This document shows, piece after piece, positions 1 to 10,994 of a DNA stretch of 64,000 nt. Position 1 is the first letter of the stretch, and every line of letters begins with the position of its first letter. Below the pieces are notes generated by a model. That model was not told where the DNA came from. It ran no database searches and saw nothing but the letters and a program-made list of their open reading frames with translations. Both the position numbers and the translations under genes were made by a program. The DNA is from Takakia lepidozioides (Eukaryota > Plantae > Bryophyta), in NCBI GenBank assembly GCA_030704615.1, contig CM060733.1:59396001-59460000 (forward strand). Direction: 5' to 3'.

Positions 1-922
1 GGTTAGCCATGAGCTGCAGGTTCAGCAAACAAGCATCACTTGCATCTTTCTCACCATATTTCCTTCTCTTTGGCCGAGAGCCGGATTTGCCTGCAGCCAT
101 TCGTAGGGACACTGCTCAAGTCCTTAACCTTGATGATCCGGACGTGTGGGTACATGCATGTGATCAGCGTGCAGAGTTGTTCAAGAAAGTCATGCCGATG
201 GCTTTTGAGAACCTTGCCATTGCACAACACCATGATACGTTGAGGTATGTCACTATACGTGGTGGAGGATATCGTCCTGGGGTTCGGAGGTTTAGCCCTG
301 GTGACTATGTTTATTTGCAGCAAACTGCTCCTACGACCCTGGATGTCACTGCAAGGCGTGTTATTCTGAGGGTTCGAGAGGTGTTGCCCTCAGGAGTCCT
401 GATCTTGGACGGTCGGGATGGCATGACTTAGAAGGACCATGTGCGTAATTGTGCGTCATGTCACCTTCCCAATGTCGATGGCAGAGTTGACCCAAACTTG
501 GCAATGGTACTTGCAGGTTTGAGGTGCATGCTTTGTGGGTCTGCCAAAGGGGCAGCCACCATGCTGGTGTGTGATCAATGCTCAAGGGGTTGGCATATGG
601 GATGTTTGACACCACCTCTTAGGTTCCTGACGGAGATTGGTTGTGTCCACACTACTTGGGATAGCGGCAGTGGACATGACTGGAGGCAGCTAACAAAACA
701 TGGGAGGCCAAGCTCATAGAAGTCAATACACGAGATCCCAAGCTCAAGTTCACAGGTTGCAAGACGGCGACTAACGATGGGGCAACTCTTGCATCCGGCC
801 TCTTGATCTATCGAGTTTGAGTGTAGTAGGGACAGTGGTGGAGGACTTAGTGAGGCTATGGTAACTATCACATCTTGTGGCTACCTGAACTTAGAGGGAC
901 CTAAGCACCAGCTAGGGGGGCG
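1..922 (+). mobile_element. Ty3/gypsy retrotransposon 3' part: integrase C-terminus with PHD finger (degraded), 3' region and polypurine tract
   Basis: ORF 9-431 has the gypsy IN C-terminal motif SPYFLLFGREP. After a TAG, ORF 441-719 has a C4HC3-type PHD pattern CMLC...MLVCDQCSRGWHMGCLTPPL. A PPT-like AGCTAGGGGGG lies at ~910-920, just before the terminal repeat. Confidence 0.85.
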
Positions 923-1630
923 ATTGTGTGGACTAGTGACTGCCATAGTGGGCAGCATAGTGGCAGCCTAGTGACTGACTAGTTGTAGCCTAGTGGTTGG
1001 ACTAGTGGTTGGACTAGTGGTGGACTAGTGGTATACTAGTGTGTGGTATGCACATGTGTTGTGTGGTTTTGGACAGCGATGTAGTTGTGTAGCGATATGT
1101 ATGCGCACGACAGCTGTCAAGTTATTTTACCACTAGTGTGAAACTAGCTAGGAAATAACTAGCTTTTACATATTGACATTTGGGATTGGCCCAAGTGTCA
1201 ATCTAAGGGTCCAGGCAGATTTAGGCCCTGGAGTGGTTATCTTCACGGCAAGCGCGGGAGGCTCATCTTTCTCGAGTTGAGCCTCACTGCGCCTAGCTAT
1301 AGCGCCGTAGTGTGGATTCCCCATGGCGTGGGGTGCACTTGGCTTGACTTGTATTTGAGTAATGAGTTTATATATGCATGAGTTTATGCTTTAGCTTTGT
1401 GAGCTCGCATGAGCTTGTGCTTGTATTCTTCTACTTTATCATTGTGTGGACTAGTGACTGATATAGTGGGCAGCATAGTGGCAGCCTAGTGACTGACTAG
1501 TTGTAGCCTAGTGGTTGGACTAGTGGCTGGACTAGTGGTGGACTAGTGGTGTACTAGTGTGTGGTGTGCGCATGTGTTGTGTGGTTTTGGACAGCGATGT
1601 AGTTGTGTAGCGATATGTATGTGCACGACA
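923..1630 (+). repeat. Split terminal repeat A-B-A of gypsy element 1 (A1 923-1112, B 1115-1440, A2 1441-1630)
   Basis: ATTGTGTGGACTAGTGACTG...GCACGACA occurs twice. The intervening B starts TGTCAAG and ends TTTATC, and B recurs inverted at 7671-8001. Confidence 0.9.
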
Positions 1631-4606
1631 GCCCAAATGATGCTCATGTTGAAAGATTGGGGAGTTCTTCATGGCATGATGCATCTCATGGTACCCAAGG
1701 CGCCTCTCCCGCTCATGTCCATGATACCTCCATTGTTGGCCAGTCCTCGGCCAGGAAGGGCCTCGCATTTGGCCAGCTCGTTGCTGTGACTCTAGCTAGT
1801 GGCAGTTGGGGTCAAGCCTCTCCTGAAGAGCAAGCACAACTCCTAGGACCATCTTGAAAAATCTTTATATTACCCGTATACAATGCTTTTAACGAAGGAG
1901 AGAGGGTAGCGCTAGATACTGCAGGCCCAATGGTGGACTCATCAATAGTATCGGTAGTATCTGGCACAAGAGCCACTTCAACTACAACATCTTGGCCCAA
2001 GAGGGGGGCATCATCATCAACACGGTGCTCGGGGGGGCCGCTGGTACTCTCAGGCTCATGAAATGAAGGAGCAAGCACAGGAGGAGGGGAAGGCCGGGGG
2101 GTCAAACCAGATTTCTTTCGTGTACTTGAGCGATACGGGTTTACTTCTGGTTTTTTCCTTTTCTTTGCAGCAGGGGTCTTCTCCGAATCCTTGGCCATGT
2201 CTGAAATGAACTACAACACATGAATTCAAAGAAAATATCCTAAAAAGCATAACGAAGACTGTAGAGTATTACATAGATTTTTATAGAGCAAAAAAGAATT
2301 ATACACTGGAAAAGACACTACAATATATCAACATCAAATAAACCAATAAATAATTAAAAAACTACACCAAATACAGACCATGGGACATACAAGTAGGAAA
2401 ACACAATAATGTAGCCGTTAGTGACGAGTCTTCTCTCACGAGCCCTGAATCACAAAACACAGAGGCAGAGGCAGGGAGTACCAGACCCGAGCAAGAGGAC
2501 GGTAGCTGCCAGCGACCAGTGAGAAGCAGCCAACGTCCGTGGGGTGAGGAGGCGAGACACGGAGGTCAGTCGCTGCGCGCACCACCACGGCCAGCTCCCC
2601 GTTCCTGCGAATGTGATCAAGTAGGTCATGAGAGAGACAGATGGAGAGGGTATCTGCATTACCCAAAATCGAAAAAAACCCAAGTGGGTTGGGGTGCCTG
2701 CGCGGCCAGCCCCCCGTTGCTGTGAATTGCCTGACAGAGATGGTGAGGAAGAGAGAGAGGGTGCCTGCATCACCGAAAATAACTAAAATAAAAAACCCAT
2801 GTGGGCTGGGGTGCCTGCGCGCACCACTGCGGCCAAGCCCCCCCTTGCTGCAAATTGCTTGACAGAGATGGTGAGGGAGAGAGAGAGGGTGCCTGCATCA
2901 CCAAAAAACGGAAAAATAAAAATGCTATGTGGGCTGGGGTGGCTGCGAATCCCCCCCCCCCCTTGCTGCGAATTGTTGCATAGAGGTGGTGAGGGAGAGA
3001 GAGATGGGGCCTGCATCACCAAAAATCCAAAAAAAAAACCCATGTGGGCCGGGGTGGTTGCGAATTGCCCCCCCTTACTGTGAATTGCTGCACAAAGGTG
3101 GTGAGGGAGAAAGAGATGGTGCCTGCATCACCCAAAATCTAAAAAATAAAAAGCCATGTGGGCTGGGGTGGCTGCGAATTGCTGCACAGAGGTGATGAGG
3201 GGGAGAGAGAGAGAGAGTGCTTGCATCACCCAATTTTTTTTTAAAAAAAAAACCCATGTGGGCTGGGGTGCCTGCGCACACCAGCGCGGCCAGCCCCCCG
3301 TTGCTGCGAATTGCTTGACAGACAAGAGGGTAATAGAGAGAGGGTGCCTGCCATCACCCAATTTTTTTTTATAAAAGAAGCCCAAAGTGGGATGGGGTGC
3401 ATGCGCACACCAATGCGGCCAGCCCCCCCCCCCCCCCCCCCCCCCCCTGCGAATTGCTTGACAAAGAGCATGCGTGATAGAACTTAGGGTGCCTGCCATC
3501 ACCCAAATTTGAAAAACAAAAAGACCGAGTGGGCTGGTGTGGCTGCATGCACCAATGTGGCCAGCCCTCCGCTGCTGCGAATTACTTGACAGAGAGCATG
3601 CGTGATAGAGAGGGTGCCTGCCATCACCCAAATTAAAATAAATAAATAAAGCCCAAGTGGGCTGGTATGGCTGCGCGCACCAATGCCGCCAGCTCCCCGT
3701 TGCCGCGAATTGCTTGACAGAGAGGTAGTGTGAGAGAATGAGAGGGTGCCATTACCCAAATTCAAAAACCTAACCAAGCTCGGGTGGGGTGGCTATAGGG
3801 TGCTTGGCGGGGAAGGACAGTCGGGGGTAAGCGAGCCAAGCTCGGGTAACCTACCCTGCAACACATACAACAGACCGACAGAGGTGGGGGAGCTGGAATC
3901 GGCGAGCTCGCCTTGCGAGGAAAAGGAAGACAAAGGGGAGGGTTTGAAGGTGCAAGGAAAGCAAGGTAAACAAAAGAGAATGGATCCCTAGCTCACCTCC
4001 GGAAGACGCATGGCCGAGGGCGAGTAGCTCAACGTCGAAGCTTGGGAGATTCACAGCCATGGCAAAAAGCAAGTGGCGCACAAAGCGTGCCTTCCTCCGA
4101 GCTCCCCCACAACGAGGTGACCTCCGCGCCTCTCACCCTCTTGTTCAAATTCTACCTTGCAAGCTGAGTGAAGAGGAGAGGGAGAAGGAGCTGGGCCGTG
4201 AGAGAGAGAAGGAGGTCGCTTGACGATTTTGAATTTTTTTTAATTAACGACGGTAATCAAACAAATCAAAATTAGTAAAGGGTTAATCCCGTCGTTGTGT
4301 AGCTGCGACCCCCTGGGGATCGCTTTTAGTGCAGCTGCATGCACCCATTTCCCGTCGCTTTCTATTAGCGACCCCCTAGAGGTCGCTTTTGGGGACTTAG
4401 AAGTTTTAGAGCCGGATATTGCTAGCTGGTAGTGTGGGCACCCATTTCCCGTCGCTTTCTAGAAACGACCCCCTGGAGGTCGCTTCTGGGGACTTGGTAG
4501 TTTTAGAGCCCGGATCGGGCCTAGTGTGGGTACCCATTTCCCGTCCTTTTCTATATGCGACCCCCTGGAGGTCGCTTCTGGGGACTTTGAGCACGTTGAG
4601 GTAGTG
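1631..4606 (-). mobile_element. Probable CACTA element 5' fragment inserted into gypsy gag
   Basis: The minus strand reads CACTAC from 4606, about where gag similarity stops. Four subterminal palindromic repeats GCGACC-N7-GGTCGC follow (4305-4576), then a CT-rich leader and an exon-like ORF (1812-2198). Confidence 0.55.
2620..3790. repeat. Imperfect tandem array, ~120-bp units
   Basis: About 10 copies of GCATCACCCAAA...CCCATGTGGGCTGGGGTG...GCGAATTGCTTGACAGAGA...GAGAGGGTGCCT. Confidence 0.85.
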
Positions 4607-5420
4607 GTTGGCTAGGAGCACCACTACCCCGTGGTGTCTCCTTAGCAAATCCCACCATGACCACTCGTTCCTCCACCATGTTGAGCTCTATCCGCTCTGC
4701 CAGCAAAAACACATTTGCTAAAGTGGGTTGGGCCGCTTGTAGAAGAGTTGCATCCCGCACCCTTCTCCTCAGCTCCTTGTCCAATATCCCATACCAGAAT
4801 TGGACTGCCTGAGCTTCCGTAACCCCTTGGGTTACATTTATCAAGCGCCTCATGCGAGTGAAAGCCTCCCTCAAGCTCTCAGTCGGCTTCCGTTGGAACT
4901 CTTGCAAGCTCCGCAACTTCTTTGTCCTCACCCCTTGGTAGTTCCCTCTTAACTCTTCGAAGAACTCCACAACAGGGTTGAAGGCAGGCACCACCACTGG
5001 TGCTGGTGCAGCAGTAGCTTGGGTAGACGTCGTAGCTATGGTATCACCAGTCCCACTGCTGCTTGCTGAAGCTGCCGGTGCAGCGGCAGGTGTAGCCAAT
5101 GCCCTCGTGGCTCTAGTGCCCCTAGTGATGGAGACATAGTCCGGTGACCAGTACATCCTCCACTCCTCGATCTCAACCTCATGCCCCCGCTTGAACTCAT
5201 GGTAATCATCCATAGGCGGCCCCTCAAGGTGCTGAAACAGCCCCTTCCATGCCATGAAAGGCGTAAATAGTTGTGGATTGCGCATTTGCTGCAAATCACA
5301 CCAACTATCAAACTCTTGGATAAAATCATCCAACTCAATGGTGCCCACCACCCCAGAGTACCTTCGTGGCCCCTTGGTAGCTCCATACATCTCCTCCATT
5401 GTGTCCCACAACAATGGCAA
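4607..5420 (-). mobile_element. Ty3/gypsy gag (retrotransposon capsid-like), 3'-truncated
   Basis: ORF 4551-5420 has RYSG...LDDFIQEFDSW and LQEFQRKPTESLREAFTRMRRL (Retrotrans_gag-like major homology region). It lies downstream of B repeat 7671-8001. Confidence 0.75.
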
Positions 5421-6224
5421 GGAAACAACTTACACCGCCGGTATGAGTCCTCCTGATTCACAATCCGAATCAGAACCTTCCGTAGAAGACACAGGAGGTG
5501 AAGGTGGCCTAAACCGCACACCTCGTCTCGTGTACCCACTAGTATCGCTAGTGCTCGAACCGGCACTCTCCCCAGCAACTAGTGGCACCTCCGTGTTGAC
5601 AAACTGTCACTCAACCGGTCATGAACATGTCTATAACCCCCTCAAAACCCTTGGGTAACTTTGTGATGACACTCACAATGTGCACCTCCCCCACGTGACA
5701 CTATAAGGCTCTAGTACTAATTCTAATAGTGACACGGGTGGGCATCTGTTGCAGTTTAAGGGTCATATCCCAGTGGCTCAGGGCACCTGCACCTGCATCC
5801 ACTGCAAGAACTCCTATGGTTGGCTGGTCATCAACCCAATCTCACCATAGAAGAAACACTGGTGGTCTTGCTGGTCATCACTCCAGCCTCACCACCGACA
5901 GCATACTCTAGGATTGACCGGTGATCAAATCCGGCCTAATCCCTATGAAAGCAAGTGCCCACACAAAACCAACATGGCGCACAGTCAAGCATGCAGGTGT
6001 GGGGGGGGATCCAAATACAAGAAATCAGAACGACAACTCCCCCACACCAAAAACAACTCCACGGTGTTGCTCCTGCAAGGACACCCCAGCCCAAACCCGG
6101 ACTAACTCTTGCCTCCACCTACGGAAAGGTCTTGGCCTAATGAGAGGGTGGAAAACTATGAGGAAGAGAAGCTAAAGCAATGCCTAACCCCAGCATGCTC
6201 TCATCCCGTCCAACAGTTGGGATC

Positions 6225-7150
6225 TGTCGCCAGTCAGTCCGCTCGTCAGTCGCCGGTCTGTTGGTGAGTCCACTCGCCAGTCTACCGGATTGAGTCAGTC
6301 CGCTCGCCAATCGCCAGTCTGCTCGTCAATCACCGGTCTGCTGGTGAGTCCACTCGCCACTCTACCGGACTGAGTCAGTCCGCTGCAGAGCTGCAGAGAA
6401 CCAGAAAGCAAGTGGAAGGAGCAGAGCTGCCCACAGCCTCTTATTCATCAGTCGACTCAGTCTCAGGAGAAGCTGGAATGGCTTCATCACCAGCCCCCTT
6501 ACATCTGGGGATCCAGTCCAAAGGTAAGGGAAAAGCCTCTCCAAACACCCCACTAAACTCAATGGCAAACAACCAAGCCCTGCTAGCTCCCAGCTCTTGT
6601 GAGCACTCATTCAAGCACTCTCCTTGGCCATAACATCTGTCTTAGAGCCTATTCCAGCCCCCTACACCTGCCACTTCAAGAGCCATGCTCTACCTAGGCT
6701 TGGGGTTGAAACCCCAACTCACATATGCCCTACAAGTGGTCTTCTTTCACCCAAGTGGGAACCAGCCCTAGCCCTTCCATTCTAGCTCTCTAAAGCTTGA
6801 AAACAAAAGCCTCAATGGGCTGAAGGCATGCTCCACACATGCCCCACTCTCACCATGAGAGAATCAGCTCTTTTGCTTCATTTCTTGCACCCACAAACCT
6901 GAAAATACAAGCTTCAGCAGGCTGAAAACATGCTCCACACATGCTCTACAGGGCAACCAGCCCCTTCCTTCCTTTCTTGCACTCCCAAACCTGAAAGTAC
7001 AAGCCTTCAACAGGCTGAAAGCATGCTCCACACATGCATTGCCCTCACATAAGGGAAGTCAGCCCTTCCCTCTTCCTTGCTTGCTCTCCAAGCTTGAAGA
7101 TGGCAGCTTCAACGAGCTGAATACATGCTCCACACATGCAACCTCTTCAT
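6225..7150. repeat. Short tandem repeats in the long 5' leader of the gypsy element
   Basis: Repeats of GTCAGTCCGCTCGCC/GGTGAGTCCACTCGCC (6225-6385) and four ~100-bp units containing CATGCTCCACACATGC (6820-7145). Confidence 0.7.
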
Positions 7151-7670
7151 ACAAGAGGTATCAGCCCCCTATCTTGGCTCCTTGGCTCCTTGATGCTCTC
7201 TAAGACAAGACTAAGCACTCCACAGCCCTTGCCAAGCTCCTGAAACCCTAAGGCCTACATTTCCAGCCCCAAGACATTCCTCTTGTGGTGCAAGAGCTCT
7301 TCTTCCAAGCTCTGAAACCCTAGGTGCACATTCCATGGCCTTGCCGCACATCTTAGCTTTTGTTCCAGCCCTGCTCTTGCCATGACAAGAGCCCTCTCAA
7401 TGCTGAAGCTCGAGATTGAAACCCAATCTCCACATACTCCACAAAGTGCACTAATTTGCCCCAAGCCAAATCAGCCCTTTCGCTTGGTCTTACAATCCTT
7501 CACACAATGAAAGCTCGCATTCCCAAGTCCAGTTCTCAGCTTTGCCACCAAGCCACTCCATGGTGCTCCTTGCATAACAACCTGGTTTCTCTCATTCTCA
7601 AGCAAAAACCACAAGTGCTACAACTAACTCGAACCTGGCACTCACAGACTCGGGCTGATCTTTCTCGAGC

Positions 7671-8001
7671 GATAAAGAAGAGGAGGAAGACATACAAGCA
7701 CAAGCTCATGAGAGCTCACAAAGCTGAAGCATAAACTCATGCATATATAACCTCATCACTCAAATACAAGTCAAGGCAAGTGCACCCCACGCCATGGGGA
7801 ATCCACACTACGGCGCCATAGCTAGGCGCGGTGAGGCTTAACTCGAGAAAGATGAGCCTCCCGCGCTTGCCGTGAAGATAACCACTCCAGAGCCTAATCT
7901 GCCTTGACCCCTGGATTGACACTTGGGCCAATCCCAAATGTCAATATGTAAAAGCTAGTTGTTTCCTACTAGTTTCACACTAGTGGTAAAATAACTTGAC
8001 A
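7671..8001 (-). repeat. 5' terminal repeat (B segment only) of a second gypsy copy of the same family
   Basis: Reverse complement closely matches 1115-1440. It begins TGTCAAG at 8001 and has no A segment upstream. Confidence 0.9.
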
Positions 8002-8129
8002 GACATGTTCTGCAAAGTGGAGAACCACACTTCAAAACAGTGAACAGGAAACAACATAAAGAAAGCGAGGAGACAATAAAATGGAAAGTAAATGTATGAA
8101 TAAAGCATGAAATATAAGCCTCGTATCAC

Positions 8130-10145
8130 TGCCATGGCTGCTCCCCACTGACTATACCGGAAGTGCCAAAACGCCAGCCAATCTTCCAATGCTCTCATAC
8201 TCTCAAGTGATGCAGCTCCAGAAGAGAACCACCAGGCACGAATTGTCTGGAACAAAGTGTCCGCCTCCTTCATTGTTCTAGCATCTTTGTACTATTTGCA
8301 CAATTTACGGTGCTGAGTCTGCATCTCTGGTTTGATGTCCGACTTTGTATGTTTTTCCAGAGATTGTGTCCAATGGAATAGACATGTACACTCTCTTCCT
8401 CGCATTGGCACTTTTGGGTCGCCCGATCCGAAGACAATATGAACAGCATTGAAATTTGCTTGAGCACTATCCGCCATGAAACCTGCAAAATTTGGAGATG
8501 GCAGCCCATGGCAGCCCATGACATGTATCAGGGAATTCCACATGAGCTTCTGGGATTTCGTATCCTCGGATTGCATGTCACAAACTGCAATTGTCATAAC
8601 TCGTTGGTACACTGGATCGTAGACATGACAAGCCATTGTCGTCCAATCCTTCACTCGTTTCACATGATCAAACATAAGAAAACAGTTATGCAAGTCCCCA
8701 GTCTTCTGCATCCGCTTCACGAGGCTAACCCCACTGCCCTCCCCAACAGTTGACATTTTGAAAAGAAAAACTTTGATGACACCTTGACCTGGGAATACAT
8801 TGTCCTGGATGTAATCGTACTTGCTCACTCGTTTCAACTCCAAAATGTTGTCTATGTAGCCTCTGATACCAGAGCCTATTCTTAATGCATTGATCCGATG
8901 CCGAATGTTAGGTGAACTCAAAGTGGAGAAATGATCCATGACCAGGTCCAATGCTGCAACGTCAAGTTTAGTCCCCACAGAATCCCCTTCACTCAAAATA
9001 TGGCTTTCCAAGAAGGACTTGCTTGCGCCAAGAGCAATTGCAGATGTTGTTGCGGATGGGTTTCTCCTGAACTCCTGTTTAATCAACCTCGATACTGTCT
9101 CAACACTCTCCCTGTAATCCCCCTTCGAGACAGGATGGTTATGGAATCCGAAATGCACACAAGCTCTTGTCATTGTTTTCAAACGGTGGACAACATAGTA
9201 CATTCTTGCTCCGCAGAGCGCCAAACAGGATGGCACATGTTTGCAGAATTTGCAGACGAAAATGTTTGCCAGTGGTGGGGCAGTCCCAGGCTGAAATGGA
9301 TTTTCCGCCAGACCCTCCCATTCGCTTTGATTATGAATCCCAGACTGAAGAAAGTGTTTGCAATTCAAATTATCACACCTAAGGTGTCCATTGCAAACTG
9401 TTCTCCTGAAAACAAGCTTGTCATCATTCTGAATATTGGATGTTTTTGTTCTGCACCACGGGTGCCCGTCGTGTTTCTTGTCCATTCCATGTATCATGAT
9501 TGTTACACCTCCAACTCGCGGAGGAGGAGGCAGCTCGAATAGGATATCGCCATCAAAAGTCTCTGGCAAGAACTTCACAGGCACCTGCTTCAAAGATTCC
9601 CAATCAATTCCTCGCAACTCACTTTTGAATCCAGCCATTCCTCCCATCGCCCGTAGTTTTGGAATGACACTACAAATCTCTTCTTCATCAGCTTCTCCAA
9701 CCACAGTAGGAAGGACTAGATTTGGAATTTCACTTATGTCATCATCGGACGAATCCGAAAGCTCAACGATTGGAGTGGAGGACGTCTGTTCTTTTTTCAC
9801 CACCACCTCCCTCTTGTCTTCAACGACCGAAGCAGCAGTCTCGAGCGTCACATATGACCCAAGGGACTTTCGCCGAGGCTCTCCAAGTACTCTGTATCGA
9901 CCAGGGCGCACTCTCCACTGGCTGACATGAGCCGTCTCATCACGGTTTTGGAAAGAGTATTTCAACAACTTCCCTTTCAAATCGTACACCTCTTTCTCCA
10001 AAAATATGGAGCCATTCTGAAGCTGAAAACGGGTAGCCAAGACATGTTCCAGAATAATTGCAAATCCATTGTCAAGGACTTCTTGGGAGAACGGCAGTGG
10101 TTTGTCATCAGAGAAGCACTCCGCTTTAGAGGAAGCCATCTTCAT
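8130..10145 (-). pseudogene. Mutator-like (MULE) DDE transposase with N-terminal GCM/WRKY-type zinc DNA-binding domain; premature stop, 3' end cut by gypsy insertion
   Basis: 617-aa ORF with N-terminal CNGHLRCDNLNC...CKFC...CGAR...HFGFHNHP and a catalytic region MFDHVKRV, FMADSAQANFNAV, CLFHW (Mutator CxxH). The frame continues past the stop at 8292 into ...WLAFWHFRYSQWG. Confidence 0.75.
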
Positions 10146-10994
10146 TCCTTGCGTACGTTGATACCTTGCTATCGCAGACCTTCAGTGTAAATCGGTTTAC
10201 TGATGTCTCCAGAACACAGTTGAAGAATGAGCAGAGAATATGGCGGAGGAAGCTCAGACGACGACTGTGCATATTCTGTTATTCCTTCCACATATGTAGC
10301 CGTCCATTTTAATTACTTTTCTTGTGGGCCCAGTGGTCAGAGTATCCCTAGGAGCAATGTCGGCAGCTGTTAAACCGTTAATCAGAACCTCATCAATAAA
10401 CACAATAACAAGCCGACTTCCTGGAAGCATGCCACAGGATCTGAGGGTGGGATTGCAGATTAAGTAAATGAATCTTTATACTACTACCAATGATCATGCG
10501 CACCTGGAAAGTTCAAAATGTGAAACGAACGTGGGGTTGGCTAACAAGGATGAACGTGTATGATATCCCAAAATTTGTCATCAAACTCTCGTTCATTTAC
10601 ATATATTTGTCTAAGACTGTGCGCCAAGATTTCTGGGATTCGCTGTTATTTTTAAATATTGAAACCGTTCTAATAAAGAACACGCCATTTATTTTGGGCG
10701 ACACACGTCAGACATCGATAACTGAATACGAACAGCTGTACACTAATTGCTGGCATATGCACTAATAAGGGAACGACTATGTGTAACGGTCACGCGAGAG
10801 GGAATCTGATGCTTCTAGAAACAAGCAACAACGCACGCAATCCCGCAAGAAATCGGGAGTCACTTCGTTTTTCTACTTTTCGCGCTTAGAGGGAGAGTGG
10901 TAGTCAAGCTGGAGAGGGTTCCTTCTACAATACGAAAGAGAAGAAAGTCTCTTTGTTTTATTTCCCTTAGAGAGAGACGCAGAGCAAGAGAGCA

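Noticed and set aside
923-1630. DIRS/Ngaro tyrosine-recombinase element
   Set aside because: The adjacent coding sequence is gypsy integrase C-terminus plus PHD, and no tyrosine recombinase motif is seen in the window (the elements are incomplete, so this is not fully excluded).
2436-3991. Many short overlapping ORFs
   Set aside because: Artefacts of the ~120-bp tandem repeat.
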